Shown here: positions 40,576-55,130 of the stretch, piece by piece | Layout: each line of letters begins with the position of its first letter | Position numbering within the stretch: position 1 is the stretch's first letter | Origin: Eledone cirrhosa | Taxonomy: Eukaryota | Direction of reading: 5' to 3' | Length of the DNA stretch: 64,000 nucleotides | Assembly (NCBI GenBank): GCA_964016885.1 | Contig: OZ024745.1 | Location: 26,970,001 to 27,034,000, forward strand | Translations under genes and position numbers: made by a program | The notes under the pieces: model-generated | Seen by the model: only the letters and a program-made list of their open reading frames with translations | What the model was told of the DNA's origin: nothing | Databases searched by the model: none

Positions 40576-41104
40576 GAAATTAGCTAACCAGTGTAGAAAG
40601 GCCCTGAGAAAGACCCACTTAAAAATAAAGGTGGTAGAAAAGCCAGGAACCACCATAAAATCCCTGATCAGCAAAACCTACCCTTTTAAGAAAACCCACT
40701 GTACCAATAGGAAATGTATCATATGTAAGGTGAACCCCCGGATAAACTGTAAAACTAGAAACGTAGTCTATAGCATAAGATGTACAGAGGGTACTTGCAG
40801 AAACATGACAACAACATACATAGGTGAGACAGCTCGTAGCATAGGTGAAAGGATAGACCAACACTGGGGAGAACTAAAAGGACGAAAAAACGGGTCAGTA
40901 CTATACGAACATGCTAGACAACAACATGACGGTAACATAGACAACATAGAAATTAGAATAATATCTAAACATAGGAATGACCCAGCAGATAGGCAAATCA
41001 GAGAGGCCAGTGAAATAGAAATTAGAAGACCAAAGCTAAACAGAAAGAATGAGTGGAACAACAACAACACCCAAACAAACAACACTGACCTAAGAGAAGT
41101 ATAA
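40576..41104 (+). pseudogene. GIY-YIG endonuclease domain, inverted duplicate
   Basis: NVVYSIRC..YIGETARSIGERIDQH..REASEI..PKLN. Confidence 0.9.
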
Positions 41105-41380
41105 ATAAGTAAATAAAATAAAATAAAATGAGATAAATAAATACATACACAAGCACAATAACAACAAGCACATAAACACACACTAGTCACCCAGCAGACA
41201 CAACACTATACACACTAGTCACACGGCACACATAACACTATACACACACGCAAACGCATGCGCAAAGAAGATAAAATAAAATAAAATAAACAAACAAGCA
41301 AATAAATAAATAAATATATAGACAGACTGAATAAAAAATGGCGTAGACATACAACACAACAGGAGGAACAAAGAATATAA

Positions 41381-41423
41381 CACCACTGACGATGTTGCAG
41401 ATGTGCAACGAAAGATTTATGTA
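41381..41423 (+). ncRNA. Minimal HHR-like core (family U); inverted copy at ~38388-38429
   Basis: CTGACGA-tGTTGCA gatg TGCAAC-GAAA-gatt-TA; stems I and III are weak. Confidence 0.55.
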
Positions 41424-41665
41424 AATTATGTAAACTATATATATGTGTTTGTGTCTATATTGTATCTGTATTATTTTTGACCGTCGGTCAGTCAATGGCA
41501 ACATTGAGGACCGAGTAAGTTAGATCGCAGATATAAAAGACAGCGAGAAGCGAAAACCAACCAAACAGTGAGTGTGTTCTGTTATTAATTCTGGCAATAT
41601 TACACAAATATGACCCTCCCCAAGTATAACAATATATATATATATATGTATATATATATATTTAT

Positions 41666-41708
<43 letters not shown>

Positions 41709-41725
41709 TACAAATACCCCGCCCC

Positions 41726-41791
<66 letters not shown>

Positions 41792-42113
41792 AAACTAATA
41801 ACAATATGTTTTCAAATTTCATGGTGGGACTTATAAATAATGTGACACCAAGTCTATTCATTGACTTGCCGGCTTTTCGTTTGATGTTGAGAAAAAGTAT
41901 TTAAAAATGCTTGTGCTTATGTAATATATTATTAGTGATAGTTCATGATTATCAGTAATGTATATTGTGTTCAGTTTAATAAGATTTATTAAAAATGTTT
42001 ATTATATATAGCCATTGTGTTCCACATGTGTTCTATATCTGGTTTTCTTTTATTATTTCACTTGCTTATATATATATTTATATATATATATATGTGAGTG
42101 GGGGGGGTGTTTG

Positions 42114-42146
<33 letters not shown>

Positions 42147-42150
42147 ATAA

Positions 42151-42189
<39 letters not shown>

Positions 42190-42190
42190 A

Positions 42191-42315
<125 letters not shown>

Positions 42316-42328
42316 AATATATATATAT

Positions 42329-42560
<232 letters not shown>

Positions 42561-42576
42561 ATATATATATATATAT

Positions 42577-42746
<170 letters not shown>

Positions 42747-42841
42747 ATATATATATATGTATATATAGACATATATATATGTATATATATATGTATATAT
42801 ATACATATATATATACATGAATATATATATATACATGTATG

Positions 42842-42893
<52 letters not shown>

Positions 42894-42904
42894 CATATAT
42901 ATAC

Positions 42905-45830
42905 ATTCCTCCCAAGAACTCCGGGGATAAATCTCAAGGATCACAAAAACAATTTTCGCACTGAATTACCTGTTAGATTAATCGCCCCCTCTAAATCTGA
43001 TCTGGGGGTTGTTAGTAAAGCCATCTTGGATAGAATTATCCCACAGGTTCGTTCTAATTGCTCTTCTTTGAACCTAAATTTATGGTTTGGTACTTCTGAA
43101 GTGATTGGCTGGTTCAACAAATTGGATAATAAAAACAAACTAAAATTTATTCAATTTGATATTGCCAGCTACTATTCCTCCATTTCGCCTTCACTTCTCA
43201 ATAATGCTCTATCTTTCGCACTTAAATATTCTGACATCACCACAGATGAACTTCACATCATTCTCACCGCACGTAAAACCATCCTAGAGTTCAACAACGA
43301 ATATTGGACCAGAGCCGATACCTCTAACAACTTCGACATCACAATGGGAGCATCCGATTCATCCCAATTGACTGATTTAATTGGTATCTTTATTTTGAAC
43401 TCTTTGAGTCGGAAAATTCCTCAACTTCGCGGTGGAATTTATCGTGACGATGGACTCTTTACTATCTTAAATTGCAATATAGTTAACCTTAATATTATTA
43501 AGAACAATATACGTAATCTCTTTAACCAACATAACCTAAAAATTGAATTTGATAACAGTATCAAACTAGCTAATTTCTTGGATGTATCTCTTAATCTTGA
43601 CACTGGCCTATAAAAACAATGAGAACCTAAATTATGTTAACTTTAAATCTAACCATCCTACTAATATCAAAAATGCTATAGTTAGTAATATTGGGAAAAG
43701 AATATCTAACCAGTCTTCTAATAAAAACATCTTTGATGCTAACGCCAATTACTATAATAACGCACTTTCTAAAGCCGGCTATCCTGATAAAATCAAATAT
43801 AGTAAAGAAACAAATTCTAAAAGAACTTACAGTAGAATAATTAATCATGATCATTCCAATAACTTTAATAAAAGACCTAGATACAAAAACATAACCTGGT
43901 ATAATGCTCCTTTCTCCATCTCTATTAATAACAATATTCCTAAATTATTCTTTAGTGCCTTAAATAAATGCTTCCCTCCCTCACATATCTATAGTAAAAT
44001 ATTTAACAAACACACCATAAAATTTTCTTATTCTACATCCTCCAATATTTCCAACACAACAATAAAATACTAAATACTAAATCTCTTCCTTCCAACACTG
44101 AATTTCATAATAATAGTAATAGTACTCCCGACGTCATTATAAACCCTAGGCTAATTTCTGCAAACCCAAATACAACGTCAAACACAACTTCGCTAAATGT
44201 TCATAATCAAACTCTAAATCAAGAAACTATTATTCCTATCGCAAACAACTTCTCTAATCCAATTCCTTCTATAGATAACACTAGGTCACTCATTAATAAT
44301 CTCTCTAATTGCAATTGCAATTGCCCTATTAAAAATAAATGTCCTCTCAACAACCATTGTCTTGATAAAAACTTAATTTATGAATGTAAAGTTATAACTA
44401 GCACCAATTCCTTCACCTATTTTGGCTCCACTTCCACCTCTTTTAAAGCTCGTCTCTATAATCATCATTCATCTTTTAAATACAAACTTAAAAGAACCAA
44501 CACGACTCTCTCAGAACTCATATGGTCCTTGAAAGACAAAAACATTAAATATACCATCTTTTGGAAGAAGGTTTCTTCTGCGTATTTATACTTGAACAGC
44601 TCTCTATCTAAAATCTGCAATCTCTGCCTAAATGAAAAATTTACCATTATCTCTAATCTAGATTCTATAATAAATAGACGAACTGACTTGTTTTCTATCT
44701 GCTTGCATAAATTCCATAAAACATTTCACAAAGTATACAGCTAATATTCAATTCTTTATCAATTTAGAATCTTTTCTCAAAGGCACATATACATACACCT
44801 CTTTTAAAATATACCCATCTTCCTACCTTATTTCAAAGGGTATTATACACTCTATAATACTTGTTTACTCATTACCCTTACTCTATTTTCACCTTGTAAA
44901 ATCCTTCGTAAACATATACGTTTGTTTTGACGCCAGATTATTCATCCTTAATTCATTATTTTTTTCTCCCTATCATCTAACTCATTCTCAATACATATTT
45001 TTTTCTCCCTATCATCTAACTCATTCTCAATACATATTAACTTTTCTTCGCACATATTATCAATTCCTTCAATATACAAACCTCAACTTCACATTATTTT
45101 TCTCAAATCCTTCAATATACAAACCTTAACTTTACATTTTTTTTTCTCTTCGTTAATTTTCAAATTTCCATAATACTTGTAAACATACACACTTTTTTTG
45201 ACGTTAGAATATTCATCCGCAACTCACTATTCTCTTCTCTCTATCATCAAACTTTTATTCTCTATACATATTAACTCCCTCTCCTTCTTTGTACATATGT
45301 TTCCCTTCGTTAATTTTCAAATTCTTTTAATTTATACATTATCTTCCAACGGTTTTCAACCTCTCTATGTAAAACAATATATCTTTCTCAGTTATAAAAA
45401 CTATCTCTCTCTCTCTCTATCACCCATCTCTCCTCCTATCTCATCCTTCCTTATTATATTCCTCCCTCTCCACCTTCACTCTCATCTCCTCCTCTTTTTT
45501 TCATCCCCCCCCCCCCCTCTAAATAAAATATTTTTCCCAATATCACACATCAATCTAAAACTACTTCTCATATGTTGATTTAAAACTGCACTATCCACAA
45601 GTGTTTTTTAGCCTTCATATCATGTCCTCCTGTTTTATCTGATGAAAACACAAATATTATTGCATGATGATGTTTGTTTTTGAAATGCGCATAATAAAAT
45701 ACATGGAACTCCTTTAACCATCTTTTGTTCTTATATATTATGTATACTCCAGTCCTACAAACTGTAGAGTGCTTCTTATCCGATATCTGCATTGCTTTAT
45801 TGTACTACAATAAAACTCACCTCCTACATA
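42905..45830 (+). mobile_element. 5'-truncated Penelope-like element (family P, Naiad-like)
   Basis: RT: [41 protein letters not shown]; Asn-rich linker; CNC..CPL..C; LIYEC..YFG; CNLCLNEK; two frameshifts; HHR at 45633-45699; (TA)n flanks. Confidence 0.92.
45633..45699 (+). ncRNA. Type I hammerhead ribozyme (family P)
   Basis: TTTTAT-CTGATGA..GAAA-TGCGCA-TA-ATAAAA. Confidence 0.9.
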
Positions 45831-45855
45831 TATACATATATATATATGTATATAT

Positions 45856-46051
<196 letters not shown>

Positions 46052-46190
46052 ATATATATACATATATATATATACAAGTCATTAGAAATATACTTCATTG
46101 CTTTACGATCGTTTCTAGGTGATGATAATACATCGTAACCATGCTTCGTTATCGATCTATGTAAGGTTAGTTACAAAATATCAGATAAAA

Positions 46191-46275
46191 AAAATATTTA
46201 CTTACATGTATATCACCAGCTGTTGTCAAAAGCCTTTTGACAACAGCTGGTGATATACATGGAAGTAAATATTTT
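46191..46275. repeat. Near-perfect ~85-bp hairpin
   Basis: aaaatatttactt.catgtatatcaccagctgttgtcaaaag / cttttgacaacagctggtgatatacatg.aagtaaatatttt. Confidence 0.9.
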
Positions 46276-46817
46276 CGATCGCTCATGAAATCCACCCAGC
46301 TTATGCTGACCGGATAACCATGTTGCTTGTTTATTCCTATCTTTGCGTTGCTTTCATCATTCTATGTTGTTTACTTGTCTCACTCGCTTTACGCGATTTA
46401 CTTGTCCCAATAGCTTTATTTAGCTATTGCTCGCACCAACCTGAGGTATATGATTTTTAATGCGATGAAATATCAATGATGGTTGGAAAATCACTGACGA
46501 ACGACTATTTTTATCATATGTAACCAATGTGCAACCACGCAGTATACTTCTTTCTTCTCATGTTTTTTATATATATATATATATATACATATATACATAC
46601 ACATATACATATGTATATTATTAAAAGATATATGTAGAGACAGAAAGAGTCATATATGATTTGAGAAGCACATAGTATTTTGTACACATATACAAAGGAA
46701 ATAATATTCGGGAAAATATACGTCCTTTATTGATGCTCTGAAGCAAGGTACATTGAGCTTATTTATTGAGAAACATGATCATCATACATATTAATTATGT
46801 TTTGAGACCTTAACATA

Positions 46818-46854
<37 letters not shown>

Positions 46855-47020
46855 TATTAAGGTATTCGCTCCAATATACCTGTATACATATAAGTATGTG
46901 TATTTTGTATATCTAACGATTTACAAAATACACATATGAATATGATATGCGTGTGTGTGGGGGGGGTTTCTCTTTCGTTTGTATTTTTATATTCAAAAAG
47001 GATGGATATATATATATATA

Positions 47021-48208
47021 TCTAATATATATTTGTGAAATGGGTGGTGGTTGAAATTCAGTTGTGCACGGTTAAATGGTAGTAGACGTGGTCGGACGGA
47101 CATGAAAATTTACACACCTTTGTAAAAAGTGCCAAGGAAGCAAATAGATGAGGTTTCAAATCTCTAACTTGAAAAATGTGGTCCCTAGGGCCCCCAAACG
47201 GTCTATTTACTATCGCTTCCGGTGAGTTATTCCCCCTGTTCTAATACTTGGATGAGTTATTTTCCGTAGTCGCTTTCAATATTCATTGTCTTATTTACAA
47301 TTTCATACACATTTTTAAACTCATCAACGTTCTTTCACTGTTAACATACAGTACCGTTTTATGAAATCGATTCTGCAGTACCATTTTACGAAATGCCGAA
47401 CCGAAAACGGTCACTGTTTTCCATCAAAAGAAATAAAACCCTTAAATTGCGAAGAAGGGACGCGTGTTTTTATTTTAATTCTAATACATGTTAACCACCA
47501 CTAACAGTAAGTAGTATTTTTCAAAGTCAAATGAAAAGTTTAAAGAATACATGCATGTAAACTTAATGAATGGGATCTATAAGCCTTTGTGTTGCCGAGT
47601 TAATTCATTCAGTTTTTTTTTAATATTGTCTTATTTAAAATAACATATCAAAGACAACGTTATTTCGCTGTTAATAAACTGCTCCCTTCTACAGTACGTT
47701 TCATTTTCATTTTTCAATTACAGTTGCTGTATATTAAATTTAAATACTTCTATAACGATCTTACAGTACCGTTTTATGAAATCGATCCTGCAGTAGAATT
47801 TTACGAAATGCCAAACCGAAAAAGGTCACTGTTTTCTAACAAAAGAAATAAAACCCTTACATTGCGAACCCCCTGTTCTAATACTGGGGTTAGTTATTTC
47901 CCCCCTCTTCTAATAAACGTCTAATATATAGAGACCCCTCTTGCTGACCAGGGCAATCAAAGTGTAAACTATCATACAAACCTTCATAATCTGTATTTCA
48001 AACTTGCATATCATCGACATTGCTATTTCGCTGTTAATAAACAACGCTGTTCACGTCGCTCCACTTCTCATTGTACGGCGTCCAGCCCCAAGTGCATATT
48101 TCTATTTTTTTCCTGAAACTGCTTCTTTATAATAAACTTTCAATAATATTTTTCAAATTATTAACTTAATAAAAAGTGGCCCCGGGTGCAACCGGGCTCA
48201 GCTGCTAG
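47021..48208 (+). mobile_element. Non-autonomous Helitron
   Basis: 5' TC, 3' hairpin GCCCGG..CCGGGC then CTAG, inserted between A and T; internal ~105-bp duplication (47348/47762). Confidence 0.8.
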
Positions 48209-48629
48209 TATATATATATGTATGTATACATACATACATATGCCACCAGTTCTTTGAGAAAACAACACCATACTTCTGGAGTGGGCATATCAAAAGATCG
48301 AAATAACGGAGGTAAACTTTGTTCCATTATTATGTTTCTCTGTTGTTTTATGTTCAAATGCTAGCTGTCTAGTGAGGTCATAACTATTGAACAATGGTTA
48401 TTAGCGAAAGTTAATTTTAACCTATTGACTTACACTTCTTGCTTTTAAATTGGTCCGACGTTAACAGAGCCACCTGCACACTTCGTTGAGTGCTCTAACC
48501 TGCTTGCTTAAGTGTCGGTAACGACCCAACACATACTCAATGACTATATATATATAATAGCAATAATAATAAATGTGAAGACTAAAATCCAAAGAGGGCT
48601 CGATAAAGATAAATATATATCAAATATAT

Positions 48630-50465
48630 AAGAACCCTAGAGCAAATATTTATTAAAATTACAGATTAAAGTTTAAGCAAAGAATCGCAGCTTTCACCTT
48701 GAACAGGAACTTCTGAAACTAAAAAAAATCAATCTGTGAACGCAGAAGTAAATATTTCGAAAAACGTAGCAGCCGAAGGAAAGCAGGAAGACGATACTTT
48801 GGTTCGTGAAGACGTTCCCTGGCAATGAACGGAAAAAAACGAAGATAGTACGTCGTTATGTGGAGCGGTGAGAACAAATACACGCAAAGACAAAACCACG
48901 TTTATGGTATAAATGGTGTCATTGGACTAATATTCTATTTAGGAAACCGGATGATTCTCGGCTTCGGAGTTAAGAATAATCGTTTCTACGTTTCTACGCA
49001 CAAGGCCAGCAATTACCGAGTACATTACTGGTACTTTATTTCATCGACCCCGTAAGGATGAAAAGCAAAGTTAACCTCGGCGAGATTTGAACTCAGAATG
49101 GCAGGGGCCGTAACTCTATGCGTCAAAGCATGGCGTCCGACCCTCTATACTGCCAATCCACCGCCTTAGTTAAGAATAATGTAAATAAATTAGTAGAACG
49201 AAAATGACAGAAGTTATTAAAGTAATTAAATATATACATACACACATCTATATACGTACATACACGTGCATACGCGAAAACATACGCCATGCATCCATAT
49301 ACATGCACGTACACACAAACACGCGCACACATACGAACGTATATACCAAATACACATAAAAAAATATGTGTGTGTGTGTGTATACATATAATTATATAAA
49401 CAATTATAAATATACACACATAAAATCGTATATAACGCACGCACACACATACCTACAGGTAAATACACTTATGTTCACCAAACGTACATATACCAAAACT
49501 CAATGTACACATATACACACCTTACATACTTGCAAACACGCAAACACGAATACACACAAAAAAAACGAAATACACATATACACATAACCATATACACACA
49601 TGCCAGTATATATAATATATACATCTATAACAAATACAAGCATATATACGTACGAGAAAATATACATACCTCCACAAAACATACGGGTAAGGTAATCTCA
49701 CCTATGCAGATAAGTAATGGTATAAACATAAAATATACTTAGCTACCACATCAAGACGTAAACTATCGGCGTATTGTTCGTACTATCCGTTAGGGTGTAA
49801 TGTGGGGTTGTAATACTGTAAAGTGTTATGCAATTTGTGTTTACAAACCGAAATTGCCTCAGATTTTTTGTTTAAGATGTGATCTTTGGCGTAGAGTATT
49901 TCCAGGGCTTCAGCGGCGCAAAAGATCGCATGATCTTTTATTTCCGTTATACCATCTAGCTTTAGCTAGGAACTCCCAATGTCACCTATATTGGGTGTGG
50001 TTGTCTTTTAGACTCCAGATATAAGCTGAAAGTGACGTCATATTCCTTCTTAAAGCATTAAGAAAAGAATGGGCGTGCATGTAAAGACGCTGCTTGAATC
50101 TATTGGCGGTTAACCCTATGTAGGCCCTACTAGACGTGGGTGTTTCGACCTTCCATTTGTAGACAATGTTACTGGAGAGGCATTTCAACCCGATTCCTAC
50201 AATTACAGTTAGTACTATCTACAGGGTTGCACGTGTTACTACGGCTCGTGTATTTGTTCTCCACATAACGACGCATTATGTTCGCTTTTTTCCGTTCATT
50301 GCCAGGGAACGTCTTCACGAACCAAAATATCGTCTTCCTGTTTTCCTTCGGCTAGTATGCTTTTCGAAATATTTATTTCTGCGTTCACAGATTGATTTTT
50401 TAAAGTTTCAGAAGATCCTGTTAAGGTTGAAAGCAGCGATTCTTTGCTTAAACTTTAATCTGTTA

Positions 50466-50472
<7 letters not shown>
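48630..50472. mobile_element. Old fold-back PLE (family W) with GIY-YIG remnant and nested SINE (48975-49166)
   Basis: 48650-48885 is the reverse complement of 50264-50472; minus frame CLSSNIVY..AYIGLTANRFKQR..LSAYIWSLKD (49982-50188). Confidence 0.8.
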
Positions 50473-50564
<92 letters not shown>

Positions 50565-50714
50565 GTAGGGGCACTGCATTGACAGGGGCACTGTACTTCT
50601 AGGTTATTTTTAAACCTGGCGGAGCCCATCTCCTGAATACAGCAAATGTATTCTAGAGAAGGATAGACATTTAGAGAGAGAACGTAGGAAAGAGGCGTAA
50701 AGGAAGAAGCATCG

Positions 50715-50850
50715 ACGTCAGTACTACACTGGTACATTTTTAATCAACCTCGAGTGGATGAAATGCAAAGTTGACCTCGGCGGGATTTGAACTGAGAGAG
50801 CAGAGAGCCTGAACAAATACCGCAAAGCATTATATTCGACGTTCTAACGA
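50715..50850 (-). mobile_element. Old tRNA-SINE copy
   Basis: gttgacctcggcgggatttgaact. Confidence 0.8.
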
Positions 50851-51751
50851 CTAATTAGATACTTCTACACATGACTACATTATCCAATGTGTCTTTTCCT
50901 TTTCCAGAAAATAAAATATGATATGAAGGTGGTTTGACAGTTGTTTCTAGTAGGTCAACAACCTTGTTGAGATGCTCCCTCACCAGCTCCAAAAACAACA
51001 CTAAGCTATACGAAACCGTTAAAACGGATGTTTTACTCTGACTTATACATTATCGCTTGTACACACTACTGAATGTCAATACCATCCTTTAAATCCGATG
51101 TTACAATGTTGTTTGTCTGACCTTATTGTTTCTATTGTTCCCTTCAGTATAGAAAGAGAGAGAACCCCGTCCGTTTTGAGGCGTGTTGACGTCGTGATTA
51201 GAACTTTGACCATATGGTCGGCTCTCTTTTTCATAGTGATTTTTTTTTAAAGAAAATATTTTGGTTTGCTGTATTAAACAACTTACGTAAAGGCTACCTC
51301 ACTGACTCGTATATTTTTTGTGTATTGTTGTTTAATGTTTAAGATGATGGGTAGCTGTATCAAATTGCAACAGTTGGCACGAAGCTAAGACAGCACTTCA
51401 TTGAAAGGGTTTAGTGACAAATTATTTTCAAAGGTTGTGTTTCCTACCCACTTGATATAATACCCATCAGCATCAACCAACACCAACTACTATTAACAAT
51501 CACAATAATAACAACCTTTAGTGTGACAATAACAACAAAAACGACAACGACGACAACAACAACAAGAGCAACAGCAAGAACAAAATATAAAACTAACGCA
51601 TTCAGAACAAATATAAATCATTCGTTCCACTAGCTATATTTATGTCACCTTTCTTTTTTTCCCTCTATTTGTATACATGTATAAGTATTATGTATGTATG
51701 TATGTATGTATGTATGTATTTATATATATATGTGTGTGGTGTTCATCTGTA

Positions 51752-51862
<111 letters not shown>

Positions 51863-51881
51863 AGAGCGAGAGCGAGAGAGA

Positions 51882-52036
51882 GTCCCAGGTTCAATTGGGG
51901 TAACCATAGTAAGTAAGGTACTCAATACATTAGTAGAGTATAAACATCATGTTTAATATAGAAATGCCTTCTACAGGACTAGAACTGTTTCATTCAAAAG
52001 AAATCATCAGGGCTTTCCTGGTGATTTCTTTTGAAA
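51882..52036 (-). mobile_element. Family Q' terminus with HHR (51966-52013) and short fold-back, abutting (GA)n
   Basis: CTGATGA-tttcttttgaat-GAAA-CAG..CTG-TA, then an inverted ctggtgatttcttttgaa. Confidence 0.8.
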
Positions 52037-52506
52037 TATCTAAGCCGGCATCAACGGCAGCAATACGTTTTTGCCAATGCCTGGTGGGGAGGGGTCTAAG
52101 GAGTGGTCGTAATCGGACAGGAGTTTGCTTCCGCTATATATATGTATATATAGGATAATGACCGCCTTCGGTCTCAAATGACATGGGTTTTGCACCCAGA
52201 AACTTCCCCTTCGAGGTACAAGCTCATGGCAAAGTATTTTTGGGGAAAAATAATCCATGCATACCAGTCTCCCCTCACAACGACATCGTCATTGTCCAAG
52301 GTAAAGGTGATTGCCGATACAGCTTGGCACCAGTGACATCGCAACTCATTTCTACAGCTGACTAAACTGGAGCAACGTGAAATAAAGTGTCTTTATATAT
52401 ATAATGCAAAGATCAAAAGACCAAAATCCAGAGAAGACTCGATAAAGACTATAAATATGCAATAATAATATGTATCTATCTATCTACCTACCTATCTATC
52501 TCTGAA

Positions 52507-52592
<86 letters not shown>

Positions 52593-52593
<1 letters not shown>

Positions 52594-52726
52594 ACGAAGG
52601 AAATGTGGTAAGGAACCAGGTGGACCATAACGCACCAAAGTGCTCAATACTTAGGGTAGTAGAGTGGGTAATAGGAACGAGTAAGACCCCGACGGCTGAG
52701 CTCAAGCCGTCGGGGTCTTACTCGTT

Positions 52727-52731
<5 letters not shown>
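52593..52731 (-). mobile_element. Family H hairpin element, copy 4
   Basis: Tail plus palindrome 52671-52731 turning in the HHR stem III loop, ending TTCCTAT. Confidence 0.88.
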
Positions 52732-52759
<28 letters not shown>

Positions 52760-52761
<2 letters not shown>

Positions 52762-53046
52762 ACTGATGGTTTATAAGAGCCCACTTGCATAATAATCCAT
52801 TGATCTTACACAAGCTTCTACATAACTTGGTATAATTTCACCCACCATGTAGAAATCATATAATGAAACGATCGTTTGGGAGATGAGATCTTTAATATAT
52901 CTCATATAAAATAATACAGCCAATTATCCACACAATACAATATAGTTAGCACCCCAAACGTTTAATTGGGAATATACTCCGGTATTTCCTAATGATTGTT
53001 GAGTGAGTTGGAAATTGGTCGGTGTATCGCTCTCTCCGTTTATGTA
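52760..53046 (+). mobile_element. PLE terminus starting exactly at an extended HHR (52760-52880)
   Basis: CCA-CTGATGg..GAAA-CGATCG-TT-TGG; homolog of 20222-20513. Confidence 0.78.
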
Positions 53047-53052
53047 ATTATG

Positions 53053-53102
<50 letters not shown>

Positions 53103-53107
<5 letters not shown>

Positions 53108-53368
53108 GAGTTAAACAAGATTCAATGAGTACATCAAAGAATGAGTTTTACAGTAGATTGGAAGCACTCTACAGTAATATTTTCCAGAGTTATTAATATT
53201 AAATTCAAATATTAACAAAATAGATGTTCTTGTGATCAATTAAATTTTATTATACATATTTCAGAGGTACTTGAATCAGGTTCAACAGTACGTCCTCATC
53301 AGATAAAATAAAATGATACATGACCAACCCTGACATGTTAAATGGTTAAGATTTAATCAAGGTAGTCA
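53103..53368 (-). mobile_element. Family Y PLE terminus with intact HHR (53245-53308)
   Basis: TTTTAT-CTGATGA-ggacgtac..gtacctct-GAAA-tatgta-TA-ATAAAA. Confidence 0.82.
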
Positions 53369-53507
53369 TATATATATATATAAAACCGTAGAGCAAATAT
53401 CTATTATTTGAACAGATCAAAAGTTTAAGCATTGTATGTGTGTGTGCCACGTGAGTATTGAAGTATGCACTACATACCCTCAGATACGGGTATGATTTGA
53501 AATATAT

Positions 53508-53548
<41 letters not shown>

Positions 53549-53712
53549 CTCATAGGAGCAACATAGAAACCTACCATACAACATTCACGCAATGCAAAAA
53601 GACACCCGGATACCATACACACACATGCATACATACATCACGTAGATACATTCATACATTCATTCAAGCACACACAAATGCACAGACACACACACACAGA
53701 CACACACACACA

Positions 53713-53801
<89 letters not shown>

Positions 53802-53875
53802 TTTATTGCGGGTAAATAGTGAGTCTTGTTACTATGTAGTTTCGCCTGTATCTCAGTGTCACCAGACAAGAACGG

Positions 53876-53982
<107 letters not shown>

Positions 53983-54112
53983 AATAATGGAGCTGTGGCG
54001 CTGAAAATGGGTTACATATGAAAAAGTTTGTCCTCATCAGTGGCCTTCCAACCGTCGTAGGCATTTCGTCGCATTAAAGGCCATATACCTGAGGTTGGTG
54101 CGAGCAACGGCT

Positions 54113-54144
<32 letters not shown>

Positions 54145-54177
54145 TCGTTGGGACACGTAAATAAAGGGGACGCTAGA

Positions 54178-54482
54178 TTTCTATTTATTGCCACGATGGC
54201 GCAAAAGAAGGGGACAAATACAAGGGGGGGGGGAGTTTACACAAAAAGGCGAGTAAAGAAAACAAATAACAAATATAAAATTAACAATAAAGTCCTCAAT
54301 GGGGAGAGGGCGTTTGGGGGGTCGCACACACCCCCGAAAAAAGTGTGCAACCACTTCTCTTCAGGAGCACAGAGAGAGGGTGCTCCCTCGTTCCTTCCTC
54401 TTTTCCACTTACAGGCTGATGTAGAGAGAAGGCCCATTTACACGGGCCACTCTAGCCACTTTCACCCACCTTTCATAAAAAC
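54178..54482 (-). mobile_element. 3' fragment of the Tx1-type LINE, abutting (GATA)n
   Basis: Reverse-complement homology to 34740-35077. Confidence 0.9.
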
Positions 54483-54519
<37 letters not shown>

Positions 54520-54908
54520 TGTGTGTGTTAGATAGTTGTATAGTTGATCACATCTAGCCAATCTAGTTGAAGATAACACAACACCCTCTAAGCAATTATT
54601 AATGTTTCCTGGTGAGACTAACGAAATGTTTTTTAACCTATATATACTCTATCATAAAAAATAACTAGAAAAATGAGCCAGACTAAGGGATGGACAGAAA
54701 ACTCAATGAAGTAGAAAAAAAAAGATAGGATTAAGTTCAGAGAGGGCCGGCCTCCAGTATAATGGAAGAAGAAAAAATGTTGATAAAATATATATATGGC
54801 TGACATACAGAGATTTTTTTAATTATTATTATTCTTTTATTGTTTTGATGTTGTTATTGTTATTGTTGTTGTTGTCGCTGTCGTCGTGGCTTAATATATA
54901 TATGTGTA

Positions 54909-54946
<38 letters not shown>

Positions 54947-55090
54947 TGTGTGTGTGTGTGTGTGTGTTTTCATAGTGCTGTTGTGTGATAATGAATGCTT
55001 AAGAAAAAAAAATGTAATGCTTTTGTAATGACTTTTGTATGAAAAGAGATTTAGTAATAACGTTAAATAGAAATAGATACGGAAATACTA

Positions 55091-55130
<40 letters not shown>

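Larger units (their letters stand above)
38131..41634. mobile_element. 3.5-kb fold-back Penelope-like element (family U; Neptune/Nematis-like Cys linker)
   Basis: Minus arm 38131-40575 carries RT, GIY-YIG and the tail; plus arm 40576-41634 carries GIY-YIG and 3' UTR; arms are near-identical; (TA)n flanks. Confidence 0.93.

Noticed and set aside
42905-44744. Selenocysteine recoding, as reported for some Naiad PLEs
   Set aside because: Cys positions use TGC/TGT, the interruptions are frameshifts rather than in-frame TGA, and I recognised no SECIS.
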